From: Hydrurus foetidus
Taxonomy: Eukaryota
DNA length: 50,929 nucleotides
NCBI GenBank assembly: GCA_900617105.1
Contig: UYFQ01000422.1
Span: 1 to 50,929, forward strand
Direction: 5' to 3'
This document shows positions 1 through 12,943 of the stretch, in pieces. Position numbers and translations under genes: made by a program. The notes below the pieces were generated by a model that made no database searches, had not been told where the DNA came from, and worked only from the letters and a program-made list of their open reading frames with translations. Numbering within the stretch: the first letter of the stretch is position 1; each line of letters starts with the position of its first letter.

Positions 1-482
1 ACAGTGGTGGATAATGAGCAGTGGATAGGATGGAACGGGTTGGCGCCGCATAATCGATTTCAGAGTAGGAGAGATGCAGGATAGTGACCATTTGGAAATA
101 CAGCACAAGAAATGGTGTGTGATTAATAAAGACTTGAAGAGAACAGTGTGGCATGTGAGACAACGTGACAGACTGGTGCATATGAACGTAGGAACAGTAT
201 TGAGGGCAGTTAAGAAAACAGACCAGACCGACCGTAGCAAGACAAAGCCGAGAGACAGATAGACAGGCGAGCGGCAATAATCAAATTGACATTGCGATAG
301 ATAGTCCAGAGAGTGGCTAGCGAGAAGATATGGTCAATTGTCAGTAACAAATGAATTTGCGATGAGGCACCGACGCAAATAGGAAGAGACAATTTCTGTG
401 AAATATACAAGATAGCTCACCTGAAGTTACGTGCACGATATTTTGTTGACTTGCGAAGGACTCTAATTCTAAATTTAGTCAT

Positions 483-1630
483 CTACACGTTGGCATTCTC
501 CTTTCTTATGCCACCCAGAAGAGAATCATGTTCACTGATCTCCAATTCTTCTTGCAACCTTTCCTCGTAATTAGCATCTCCATATGACACATTGATACCT
601 GTTTCGAAATGTGCAGCGGTATCGTATCCAACAGAGTTTCCGCGATTTTGCGCCGTCATTATCTTCAGTTTCAACTCCAATTGTTCGAGATGATCTTCCA
701 TCTGCCTTCTCTCCCTGACAGTCTTCTTTCTCTTCAGCGACGCATAAATAACGGCTATCATAATAAATATGACAGCTAGGCCGAGGGCTGCGGAAATCAA
801 GACACATGAGAGAGATATTTAAGTCGCTCGTACGGCAATTGGCAACACTTTTATTACAGGTGATATTTCTAAGAAAGCGAGCGACATGTTATCAAACTCA
901 CCAGGCAGAGGTGGAGGTGGAGTTGTTTCTGTTGAGCAAAACTCTCTGTACGATTCTACTGGACGCTGGTGGAGAGACTTCGGGGGACAGTTGTAGATAA
1001 CCTTTCTCCATGCAGTTGATTCCGTCAAATTGGTCAATGTCCCCACTCTGTAGCCACCCATCGAAATATCCAGAAGCCAGGATAACCGACATCTGGGGTG
1101 TGCTGTTCCTGTATCACCAGGCCTCTGTAATATAGTGCCCGTGTCCGCGAAACCGAACGACCATCCAGATGTAAAATACCAATAGAGCCCATTTGATGAA
1201 TGTGGCCTATTATGTTCAGTCTGCTGATGAATTTCGGAAGCCAAGCCATATGCGCCAATCGAGAACGTTTTACGCTGCCCCTCTTTTGCACCAACGAACA
1301 AGTACGTACCATCACATGCCAGAATCTCATCAGATCTAATCGACTCCCAGTATCCCTTGTCGAAGCACAGAGAGCAGCTTTGATTGTGAAGATCTGATTC
1401 AGTTGTCTGCATAAATTGAATACCGTCGGGATACCCGTCACCGTTATACGTAAAGCTGCTGCGCATTACGATTGATGCGCCAAGCACAGATGAAATCTGG
1501 CATCGAAGGCAGCACCCAGCAAATACCTGAGATCATAGAGATAAATTGCAGATAGTGGAAGGTAGGCAACAGAGCTACGAGGTTCGACTCACCCACAACA
1601 GCAAACACAGCAGATTGCGCAGCCTGATGG
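483..1630 (-). CDS. Probable type I membrane protein: uncharacterised extracellular domain, Pro linker, TM helix and cytoplasmic tail (spliced; start codon uncertain)
   Basis: ORF 819-1487 (NGLYWYFTSGWSFGFA...RLSWLLDISMGGYRVG) joins ORF 483-800 through a GT-AG intron at 901-788. This gives PPPLP-ALGLAVIFIMIAVIYASL-KRKK, a TM helix with a basic stop-transfer. A likely upstream hydrophobic exon (LRNLLCLLLW|VFAG) has no clear in-frame ATG. Confidence 0.7.
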
Positions 1631-1866
1631 GCAACTTTTGGCCGTAATTCCGTTGGAATTCCGTTGTTACCGCGCCATAATCCAGAATCCGGAACCCAAA
1701 AAGTCCACAATAGTTACCGTACTTCTGACTGCTGACTTGAAGCTTGAAGTGAGTCGAATATCAGTGCTATTCCCAGTCAGCGACTTCTCCATTAAAAAGG
1801 AGTCAGTTCGGAGTGTAGTATTTAAAACAAGGCGACGAGAAAGCAGTAAGATAGAACGCCCAGAAA

Positions 1867-2418
1867 ATGAGATTTCTTTCATCAGTTGTATCAATCGGAA
1901 TTTTGGCAACAGCAGCTGACGGGTTTCTAGTTACGAAACAGTCATCTATCCAAAACATAAGGATACCAACATCTCATCATTTTGCTGGCGTTGTAAGGTG
2001 TACCAAACCCTTATCGTCGAAGCCAGATGTCGAGGATTTAGATGAGACAACCAAGAAGTATGGTTTAGAGGCAGGACTTTATAAGGCCGTGACAGCGAAA
2101 CCGGAAGATGGACAGACCGTGAAACCACAGGATCTTCTGAAGAAATATGGTACTGCTTACTTAGCTACGAGCATTACACTGGCCCTTATTTCGTACGCAT
2201 TATGCTACCTACTTGTGTCAAGTGGAGTTGATGTGGCGTCGCTATTGGAAAAAGTTGGCATACAATCTACGGCAGCAGCAGCGAATACTGGAACGGCTGC
2301 AATTGCATACGCCGTTCACAAGGCTGCTTCCCCCATTAGATTCCCACCCACAGTTGCTCTCACTCCAGTTGTAGCCGGATGGCTCGGGAAGAAGCCTGCA
2401 GAGGATGAGAAGAAATGA
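1867..2418 (+). CDS. DUF1279/FAM210-like protein, probably plastid-targeted
   Basis: Single-exon 183-aa ORF. Signal peptide ends ADG|F, a heterokont bipartite-like motif. Family-like motifs are LLKKYGTAYLATSITL, GVDV and AIAYAVHKAASPIRFPPTVALTP. Confidence 0.85.
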   Translation: MRFLSSVVSIGILATAADGFLVTKQSSIQNIRIPTSHHFAGVVRCTKPLSSKPDVEDLDETTKKYGLEAGLYKAVTAKPEDGQTVKPQDLLKKYGTAYLATSITLALISYALCYLLVSSGVDVASLLEKVGIQSTAAAANTGTAAIAYAVHKAASPIRFPPTVALTPVVAGWLGKKPAEDEKK

Positions 2419-3503
2419 GATTCCTTTTATTTATATCTTTTCTGTTACCATTCCTCGGTTAACGAGCTTACAAGATACTTAGAGCCTGCCCGCCAGCTTC
2501 AGGAGTAGACTAGCTCTTAAAAATGGAGTGCTCATCTCATTATCAAATCGTATAGATTTGTAGCCGATCTGCCCGTTTGTATACTACGTCATATTTTCCT
2601 CCGCCCTGCCCAATTACGTCTCTCAATCCCTTTACTCACCGTGTGTGTCACTTTGTAAGAAATGCGAAGTTAGTCACTACTAATGTGCTTGTGCACTTGT
2701 TACAAGAATGCCTTTTAGTTGTATTGCACAACTGTGAGGGCAGGGCACAGCGTCATTTGAGATTGGCTTCCCAGGATGAGAAGAGTTTGATACCTGACCT
2801 CAAAAAGAATGATGAAGTCTGCATTGAGTTGGGAATACGCTCGCAGATGATCCCTCGCAGATGATTCCTCTTATCACCAATAACCATTATCCAATATTGA
2901 GAGTCGTACGAGGCTGACCACAACTGAATTTGTCTAACTGAATATCGGGGTGGTTTATTTTGAGGGAGTATAGCAGCTAGAGATCGAAACATGAGACATC
3001 GGGGGTGCGAATGCAGTTGAATCTAGCGCTGTTCGTATGGCATCTCTACAGATGATAGACAGCTTTGTTACGGTAGGATTGGAAGAGGAGTCTTTCAATT
3101 CGTTGGAGTCATCGGTATCACTCATGACAGGTAGGTGTACCCTCCGCGAAAGACATGTTAAGATAACGAATGTCATTTACGGTGATCATATTAGGATTGA
3201 TATCACCAAGAGATGGATGCCATTGTTGGTACTGCCTACATCACTTAAATTATTTCAGCAGCGTCCTGTCAAACTTGATATGGGTTGTGTAACGGTTTCC
3301 GTGATCATACTTTTGACTGACGAAAAAAATAAAAAAACAATCCGGCCAGACTAAGAGGACGAATTGTTTCAAATCATGTAATTAATTGAGAGTTCACGAA
3401 GCCATTTCAACCAGAGAACAGCTTTGAGTTTAATCATGTACAGTACAGCATTGATCAGCGACTAAAATAAAATCGACATGCAAGGTAAATCGAATCCGAT
3501 TCG

Positions 3504-5337
3504 TCATAAGGAGGAGACATACAGAACATTATTTTCCCTAAGAGTTTGAATTAAATCGTCATTTGTGATCTCTAGTAACTTCTTCTCCTGCTGCAGGACT
3601 TTCACTTGATTGGCGAGAGTTTGAGCAACCTCAGCCCAGTGTGCTACCTCTTGTGCGTACTCATGACTTAGTCGCCTCTCACCCTCTAGCAACTCCTCTT
3701 GTTTCTCTTTCTCCTTCAACACGGTCCACAGCATGTGGTCTTTCACGCTCACTGCATGTACGTACTGATCGCATCTAGCGAGTATCTCCAGCCTCTCCGC
3801 TGTTTCTCTTGGAAAGTCATCAGTGGGGAAATCTGTTTGTACTGTCATCGTTTTTGTAGATAGCTTTTCCATTGCAGCGCTCAGATCGCCAAACTGCTGG
3901 ATAAGCTCGATCATACTCACTGCTCTTGGTCCTCTCGCAGATTCCATCGGAACACCCCCTGGAGCTGCTGATGTTATCAGAACGCCTTCGAAATGGTCAG
4001 TTTAAATGTCGGTTATACAGATCCACAGTCCATTGCAATGGTGAGTATAAATCAAATCATGGCCCTGTAGTAGACTGCAAAAGACTCATAAGCGGGATTG
4101 TTGATTATTGTCTTGAAAAGTATGGCCTACCTGTTGAGGGATGGTAGATGTTGTCGCTATTCGCGAGTTCGATCCTCCTGACAATGCGCTCTATGCTTTC
4201 TAGCTCTGTCTCCAACTGCAGCACCTAATAAAATACAACATTACAGCATTACGAAAGAATGTGATAACCGTCCAGAGAAAGACACCCTCTAGAACATCAA
4301 TTAATCTAGCGTGCATAGAGCACAGAATGGTACACAAATACCTGATGTTTTATTGAGGATTGCCTCATCGCCTCTACACTTCTCAGTCGCTCCAGAATTT
4401 GTTCCGAATCAGATAATGTTTCTCTCTCTATTCCTTTCCTAGAGGCCTCAACCTCCGTAGAACAATTCTGTAACTGCCTTCTCAATTGCAGAAGGTGTTC
4501 TCTGCGTGGGAATAGCTTTCCCGTGAGCAATGATCTCAGTTTGTCGTATCTAAAGCGGTAGGATTCGGGCAAAGGAAGGACTGTATTGCCTAGCCGCTGA
4601 TGCTGCTCTACTGCAGACTGGGGGAGTGCAACACCAGCAGTCTCATCGTAATGTGTCAGCAGTCTGCCTGTTATGACTTCTGTCGGTAGTAAATATTCTT
4701 TCGGTGCCTCAGGAGTAAAGGCATTTGCCATGGGATAATATTGCTGAAGCAACTCTGGGTGATCTCTCAAGATACTCTCGAAGTCTGACTTATTAATCCG
4801 TCCATCTCCATCAACGTCAAATTTAGAGAAAATTTGGCCAGCTTCGAAGGACGTGAATGGAGCAGCATTTACTGGAGATCGAACGATAGGTTGATCAGGT
4901 GACTTAGGAGATGCCATACTGACAGAAGCTCTTGAACTGCTTGAGTCTCCAGGCTTTCCTTCCCGCCACAACTGGCGAAATTCTTCTGCAGTCAAAACGC
5001 CCCTTTTATCCTTATCATACCTATCAGTCATGACGGGCGGACAGAATGATTTGGTGCAGGCATTTACAACCTAAAGGAGAATTGCATTACAAAAAACAGA
5101 CCTATTGAACATAATTCCAGCCTCAAAGTCTGCATTGCCATCGGCAGCTTGATGCAGAGGGTGGCGGTCTTCCACAGCGGCGCTTTTATCCTTCAAGGGG
5201 CTCGATCGTCTATCTTTTTTAGGGCTTGATGATCGCTTCAATGTACTGCTGTCAACATCCTTTTTCTTCGATGACTTCTTGCCATCAGCAGCATCTGGAA
5301 CTTTCACCTTCTTTTTCTTTACTGCACCATCCGCCAT
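3504..5337 (-). CDS. EF-hand calcium-binding coiled-coil protein (4 exons)
   Basis: Exons ~5337-5102, 5020-4342, 4224-~4131 and ~3985-3504 join in frame at GT-AG sites. EF loops are YDKDKRGVLTAEEF and FDVDGDGRINKSDF. The N-terminus is Lys-rich and the C-terminus is coiled coil. Confidence 0.8.
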
Positions 5338-6237
5338 TGCTGAAAACCTCTGAGGAGTTTTGATAATATCAATTTCATCTATGTCGTGTAAAACTGAAGC
5401 TGTGTAAACAAATAGTGCTGTATATAGCAGACGACAGGATACAGCAGGATACCGTCAAACTCGCCACCAACGGTAACTTTTACCGTATAATATGTTCAAC
5501 TGAAGCTCAGAACAGCCCTGAAGGCTGGTCAGTCGTGTGTGTTTACATGAACAGGAAACACGACGGTAGTCTACAAATAATTGTTGTTTTAATAGAATTG
5601 AAATAGTAAGAGGCATCGAGTTGGTAGGTTGAAAAGTAACGTAGCAGCGTAGCACGTTTACTTTATCGCTACTACATATCGATGACGCTGTTTTCCTAGT
5701 TGTAAGATGACATGATGGTTGTTCTGTTTGCGAATGCTTCCATCGTTTGAATTCTCGCTATAGGAACTTAAAATTTCTTCATGACTGCTTGTCGTGCAAC
5801 ATTAAATTCATTAAAGAGAGATGAGTCGGGATTGGATCATATTGTTGCTGTTGTTAGCTTACAGAGTGGTGAAGTGAAGTGAAGCGAGGGATGTGATATG
5901 ATCGAGGGTATCGAGTCGCGTCTACTGATAGTTCTATCGGCTGTGCTGTGCTTAGCTGCGCTGATCTACTGTACTCTACCGCAAAGATGTAATATTATGT
6001 AGCGACTCTCAAAACTATCTTTCATTTCAGGAGTGAATCTCGGTTATAATTGTACAATAAAAACTTCAGAAAATTACTCGCGAAAACAAGTGGACAAATC
6101 TATCGACGAATATGTAGGGAGAAAATGGAAAAAAAGTCTGCTACCCAGCTTGGTATAGTAAAATACCCCGAGAGCTGGTAGGCGGTCAGCTGTATCGGCT
6201 GTATGTGACACTCTATTACACCCACCCACCCGGTTGA

Positions 6238-8860
6238 TCAGGTGAACCTGCCCATGGGACATTTAGAAGCGGACAGCGGTGCTTCCTCTGTCTTGGCTTG
6301 AAGGTCCGCGGCAACGAGATGCTTGATATCGCTGTTAGACTTCAGAGTGCGGTGCAGAGAATTGCCCTGCTGGGACAGTAGCGATTGATCAGGTGTTTCC
6401 ACGACAGTCCCTGCTCCTGTTGTTGTTTTGGAAGATGTGGAGAGAGAAGACTTTCTTTTCTTGGCGTACAACATCAGTCCGTTCTGGGTGTGTATTGTTG
6501 CCCCTGCAAGTCACGTATATGTGATCATTGTCAGTTGAAAGTTTCTATTTTCCCCGTAGAAATAAGATGTTGTGTTTGACTCATGATCATAAAATATGCA
6601 GTCAGGTGCACTGAATGAACATCCTTTGTTCTCCTCTCCTGGACATATATAATGTAATCACTACGCATGTATGCACTCTCACCTGTTTTCATTCCGACAT
6701 GTTCAGGCGTGGTTGCTAGTGAGAGATCGAATCTCTGTAAGATGAGGGCTAGTGTGGCGGTGGCCTCCATCATAGCAAACTGATCGCCCACACATTTCCG
6801 CGACCCACCCCCAAAGGGCAAAAAAGCGAAATCGGAGCACACTTCGTTGGGATAGAGCAACTTATTGCTTCCAGCCTTATACCCCGCCCACTCTGACTGA
6901 GAGGGGTTGGTGAAGTTCTTAGTGAATCTGTCTGGCTTATATTTCAAAGGCTCGTCCCAGAACTCTTCGGAACGATGAATATTCCAGGTGGCCATAAATA
7001 TGTCCGTTCCTTTTGGTATGAAAGTCGTGCTTTTTGCACCGCCTTTGGGGAGCACATCGTCTTCGAGGGCTCGTCTTATGAGAAGGGGAGGTTCGGGGTA
7101 CATGCGAAGGGTCTCTGCGAGGCACAGTCGGATCAAGGGCAAATTAGTCATGTCCTCAAATCTCGGATCCCTCCCTTGTAGTACGTCATCCACTTCCTTC
7201 TGCACTCTCGCCATGAGGTCGGGTTGTTGAGCGAGTTCGAAGAAGGTCCAAGTCAGCACAGCGGCAGTGGTTTCATGCCCCGCAATGAGCATGGTCATCA
7301 AGTCGTCCCTGAGCTGCTTCGAGGTCGACTCCTCCCCCCTCATGTCCACCAAGAACCGTAGCAAGCTAGGGTTCTCCATGGTGGCGTAGTTCCTCGTCTC
7401 CAACTCCTCCACGTCTCCTTTGTCCTGTGACTCGATTGCCTTGGCGATAAGTTCATCTAGTACGCCATTCAACAATTTCATGTTCTTTTCGAAATCCTGC
7501 AGATTCTTCAAATACAGATTCGCAAAAGGAAGGTTCCAATACGGAATGAAAGAAGTGGACCTGTGCTCTGCCTCTTGCAGTGCGCGGTATACGGCTTTCA
7601 CTACCGGTGACTCCTGATTTACGGACCCAAAATCGTAGTTAAAAACAGCTCGACCAATGATGTCCAAGGATACAGAGCAGAATTCTGTTTCCATGTTTAG
7701 AGGTAAGCCGCTCTCCGCTGCGTTGTTCAGCTTGTCCACCAGTGGTCTATTGCAATCCACGAACAATGCCATCTGAATGAAATAGAAATTGTATTAAAGG
7801 AGAGTCAGCACATGATTCAATTATCACACGTAGACTGGATGTCGTTCCAATAGATGCACAACACGTGAAATTGTATCATCAATAGGCAATACGCATGAAG
7901 TGAAGGTGTCAAATACGGAGAGATGGAATGTCAGCATGCTACTCACCATCGCATTCAGCCACGCTTTGTGGAAACCAGGGACGATAGCCTTTCGGCGCAC
8001 TTTCCAAGTTTCAGGGTCCGCTGGAATTAAACCCTTGCCCATTATGGGTTCTAGGATTTCAGCTAAGATGCCTTTATCGTAGTTCAATGGATTATCCTGC
8101 AAATTCAACATGAAGAATTACGTGAGAAACATGTACAGCACAGAGATCGCAGGAGGTAAAGAAGATAATTTCTCACTTTTAGAATATGTTTAACCATGAC
8201 TGGATCTGAAACGACGATGAAAGACTTCGGTCCAAATGCTAACTTGTAGATTGGGCCGTACGTTTCATAATATTCGTGAAGAAGTAAAAATAAAGGACCT
8301 CCAGCGAGCTCTTGCAAATTTCCATCCAAAACACGGGAAAGCAGTTGAAGTGGGCTTCCTTTGAACGTGTTCACCCCTTGCACAAGAGGTGCTCCATCAA
8401 GTGATTTTGCTAAGCCCATCATTTGAAGTGCATTATTTATCAAGATTTTTGATGAGTCAAAAAATCCTGGTGGTTGTTTTCGTTTCTTTGGATCCTTCTC
8501 AGCAGGCTGCCACAGAGTCATTCTCAAAGGTGCGAATCCGGGCCCCTCAAGCATTCGACGCGCATGCTCAAGATGCCAATCGACTCCTTCGTACCCCTCC
8601 ATACCAACTTCCCAATCTTGAGCACCATCGTATGTAGATTCACCGCCTGAAGCGGCTTTTGCAGCCTTGATACCCATTCTTGTATTCAATGTTGGAACAT
8701 CGGACTTAGCTAGTCTAGGATCGTCAAGGCTTGCCATGTAAAGTGCATACTGTTGGCGACGATAAGTAGCCCCATGCTTAATTTTTGCAGGAAATGCACT
8801 GAGTGTATTGAAGACCGATGGGGCACATAGGATCAGAATCCAACAGACTGGTATCTTCAT
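6238..8860 (-). CDS. CYP97: Cytochrome P450 CYP97 family (carotenoid hydroxylase-like), plastid-targeted, 4 exons
   Basis: Motifs: [12 protein letters not shown] (I-helix), ETLR (K-helix), [10 protein letters not shown] (heme-binding), [29 protein letters not shown] and a final-exon [10 protein letters not shown]. Signal peptide ends LSA|F. An alternative ATG lies at 8893. Confidence 0.92.
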
Positions 8861-10230
8861 ATTAAATATTGCAAGACCTATCACTTTTATCATATGTTTC
8901 TACCAGTTGACTGACTCCCTTAATGATATATTCAGCTCCTGTATGTATTCTGAGTAAAAGCGGGTGGATTCAAATTCACCAGCTACAATCAACTAACTAC
9001 AGACAGCTCCCTCACGATTCATCACGTGACCGACATTCACAGATCTAGTGGCGTTACCAGTGTGGATAGGAACGGAGGTGCCGTAACAGCCAGTTGCTCG
9101 TTGTCAAAATGCAGTCATTTGATCTTTGCACAAAGCTGACCCCAAGTACGCCGAAGTACAAGCTGAGATCTTCTTTCGACTGTCTGTTCTGGCTCTTCAA
9201 CCCCCCCGAACTCATCAAGGGGGACCTCAACCTATAGTCTAAAGTACGTACCAGCGGTACGTATGGGTTATGGATACAGTGGATCTTGGATCTTGGAGTC
9301 AGAAAAGAATTTTGCAGCAGAAAAAATGAGAACAAGCGAAAATCTGGAATTCTGCTTCAAAATCAATATTTCCCCGCGAAATCTAGACTGGAAGAATGCG
9401 CTGCATTTTGAAGTAGGAAGCTACCGCAGACCGCAGATGTGTAATTTTGTCTCATTCCTAGCAATGTCACCGCTGAAAATCCAAGAGTCATTAGCAATCG
9501 TGACACAATTCGATCAACTTCAAGAAATTTTGGGATGTGCATATGGTTCTATTAAAGGTGACTACGAAAGGTTACATTGTCCTTCTTCATGAATACAGAG
9601 GAGAAGGCAGTGTCACACGACACTCATCATATCGATATCAGAAAAGGGCAATTAATTCATCACCGACACATGAAAGCAGCAACTTCCAACATGGTGATAA
9701 AGAATCCCGTCAAAATTTAAGAAAGCGTCAGATAGTTTGTCACAGGCAGCACATCCGTAACCGATTTTGGGAGTTAATTGGTGCATTAAAAATGATGGAA
9801 GTGCAACATAACGCGGTTCCTCTCTGAAACTGCAACTACAGATAAAATTAAACTACGACATTTAATTTAATTTTCCATCAATCACCGGAGTTTGAGTATT
9901 AGGCTGTTTATCGACTTCCGCTTGTGCAGCTCTGCATTCTATCAGAGAGTAAGTGTCTCTGACAACAAAAACACCAAGGTACTGGCATTTATCGGTATCT
10001 CGCATTTGATTGTTGAGTGTGTCGAACAAATGAAATGGAGGCTCCTCATCTATACAGTCTATCTTACCTCTGTGTCGCGAAAAAAATGCTTTTTTAATTA
10101 GAGAGATGGAGTTGAGAGTAAAACGTCAAGTTTTCTGCGCAGCGTGCCCGGTCCGCTGAATTCTGGCAACATTCCCGAAAACAAAATCCGACACCATGAG
10201 GACTAACCTTACCGTATAATATACCGTGGC

Positions 10231-10436
10231 TGGGTGACAACGTTTATTCCCAGAAACCCACACCCCCAGATTTAGGATTTGAAAATCTGGGATTCTGGGA
10301 TCTGGAGACCCCCCTCCCCCCCCATTTCTAGATTTATCTGGGATCCCAGATATAGGATTCTAAATCATTCCAGATTTTCAAAAATTTCACCCAAAATCTG
10401 GGAGTCTGGGTTTCTGGGAATAAACGTTGTCACCCA
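10231..10436. mobile_element. MITE-like element (~206 bp, 30-bp TIRs)
   Basis: TGGGTGACAACGTTTATTCCCAGAAACCCA at 10231 and its exact reverse complement ending at 10436. Internal CCCAGA/TCTGGG repeats. No TSD is visible. Confidence 0.75.
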
Positions 10437-10546
10437 CTGTGTTTGAAAAACTTCTATTTTTTGAATTCGAATTCGAATTCAATTCGCGGCATCCCTTCAC
10501 ATTTTTGTTCAAAAATACGACGACGAGAGACGGAGTTAGAGAAGCA

Positions 10547-11969
10547 ATGAAGCAGGAGAAGAGTGGGCTATCTAAACGAGAGCTAGATGCAATGATCGGA
10601 CTCAAACGGCCTGTTCGTCCCAACGAGGAATTACCCAGCTGTGTAACTGGCGAAGCGCCAAGCCATTTTAACCCGTCCAAAAAGCAAGCGACTGGAGAAG
10701 GTAACACTTAGGAGCGTCGGCACCCACATCTCTTCTTTCTGAAAGCGTTCAGCCATCTGCAAAAAAATTTCTGAAAAATGAATAACCTACAGAATTTTAA
10801 CCGCCAATCTCTCGCAGAAAAGTTCAAAATAGCCTCAAACATTGAGACCGATGCCCATCGCCTCGAGACGCGACTTAAACAGTGCCAGTACGGAAAGAAC
10901 ACTATCGGATACGACAACTACACTGCAGCTGTCCCAAAGTATGAATTTTTTTTTGCATTGACAACCCGATTTACTTGACCAAATGCATTCATCTCATTTT
11001 CTTTGAACATGTTTTTTTTGAAGAAATAAACGATCCAACAATATAAACGAGCACCCGCGGACTCCAGATCCTTTTGAAATTCAGAGCAAGCGAGCATTCG
11101 AAGGGAGAATTAAAGTGTGGCGTCGTGCACTTCATTCGTGGGACCTCAAAGGTGACTAAGTGGTCAGCCGTTGGATCTAAAACCTTTCATTGAAATGTGT
11201 ACCAGCAATCACCACCTCATTCGCTGTGTGGGACTTACATGATTTAGGCGAGGCTAACTCCGCATCCACAGAAAGCGCGTTTGAGGCTGCTGTCGCCGAG
11301 GGGCGCAAGAAAGCAGCCTCAATCCGAGACAGAAAGAGCAACAAAGAAGAGACTGCTGACTCTCGGAAGCACACTAGGAATAGCACCAACAGCTCAAACG
11401 GCAGAAATGACGTCTCCCGAGACAAAGACAACATTCTTAGAAAGCATGCTTTTGAGAATGATGCAAATGATGGACTAAAAATGGAGTTAGATCATAATCA
11501 TTACGGAGACAGACAAAACACCAAAGCAGTCATTAACGAAGGCAATCGAAATATCAACGATGTGCATCCCATTGATGGTGAGAAAACAGCTATCTTGAAG
11601 GAGGCTCTATTAGATGGTGATAAATTTCACTGTGGCGCAAGCAGCTCTGGCAAAGGGAGTATTTCAATTACCCAACCTGAGAGCAAGGACGATGGCGATG
11701 GCGAAGAGGGTGTACAAGAAGACATCAAAGAAGGAAGTTACTTCATTGACAGAGACAGAAGTCCAGATGCATCGAAGAACATTCTGATGAATGACGACTC
11801 CAACGGGTGCGGTCAATTTGATAACATGGATGGTCGGGAGATAATAGTCAACGAGGACTCCATGCAGAGCTTGGATTATGAGAAGTGCATGTTGGAGCAA
11901 CACTTCAACAGTGACACTGTGGATGTCCTGGACCCTTTGGATGAAGAGGACGATGAAGACGTGCTGTAA
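10547..11969 (+). CDS. SLBP: Histone mRNA stem-loop binding protein (4 exons)
   Basis: Exons 10547-10700, 10818-10938, 11024-11151 and 11248-11969 splice in frame. They give ETDAHRLETRLKQCQYGKNTIGYDNY...HPRTPDP...SKRAFEGRIKVWRRALHSWD, the SLBP RNA-binding domain, followed by an acidic tail. Confidence 0.88.
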
Positions 11970-12943
11970 GCGATGAAGCTTGAAGCTCTTGCTGTTGCCG
12001 TCACTACTGTGCTTGTGCTGTAGATAATGGGTGTATCACATTGCTGTCTCACAGAGCTACCACCCCCGCATTGTTAACATCAACATCAGCATCAGTCACT
12101 GTTACTGAACGATTTCCACTGTATGATGTATCAGAGGACCGCCTGTTGGACACTTAAATGCTTTGCAAAAGATCGACTCACTCTCGTATTATCTTCTCTC
12201 TGCTCTTCTCACTGCCACCTCAGCGGAACTTTGAGAGTAAGTTTTCTTGTAAATTTTGGGCCTATCTCGTTAAAAAATGATTTCCGTATTTATTTAAATG
12301 TATGTCGATTATAAAAAAAGAGGCCGATTTGCGCATCTACTTATGTATGTGCGGAGAACGGTTCTGAGTCCGCAACTGATGTCACGTTGATCTGGTAAGA
12401 AACAAAATAAAATGGAAAGAAAAATAGTGCAATAAGTAAAAACACGTAAGAATCGCAAGTCTGTAAAGTGTGAAAGAAGTACGTGCGATGTACTGTACTG
12501 CGCTATATCTACTATGCTATGCGGTGAAGTATGTGTGCGGTGTAACTAACTATCTGGTGAGCCAAAACGCCTATCTACTCTATCAGCTGATTTGAGATAC
12601 GGAGATCGGTAACTCTGTTGATGAGTGGTAGGCACTCTCTGTCTGTCTTCTGTATACATACTCTTTGTCCGTCATATCGTACATTCCTCACGTCCTCGTT
12701 GTCGTTCCATTATTTCAAATTGATTACTACTGGTGCAGTGTGGCGCATTGTAACACATAAAATATTGATAATCGGTGAATCATATTTTTTGTACACTGCG
12801 CTGGTATGTAGCCGGTCATACCGGATTAAGCCGTACCCGTCCCTGAATAGTATCTATTGATCCGCTCAAATGATAGCGAACGCTTTCAAGTTCTCTGCTC
12901 AATCTGTTCAGGTGCTCTTGGTGCAATGACGATTGCCGCTGAC

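Noticed and set aside
1..480. Minus-strand GT-AG intron-like signal near 398-420 and short ORFs
   Set aside because: It could be a UTR intron or a gene truncated by the window edge. No product can be supported.
2577..3354. Several short ORFs and splice-like signals
   Set aside because: No coherent spliced ORF or recognisable domain could be assembled.
9263..9827. Two overlapping + strand ORFs (109 and 96 aa)
   Set aside because: Non-ATG starts, no motifs and no convincing exon chain. A decayed gene cannot be excluded.
10461..10485. (GAATTC)x3 palindromic run upstream of SLBP as a heat-shock element
   Set aside because: The spacing does not fit nGAAnnTTCn. It is probably simple slippage.
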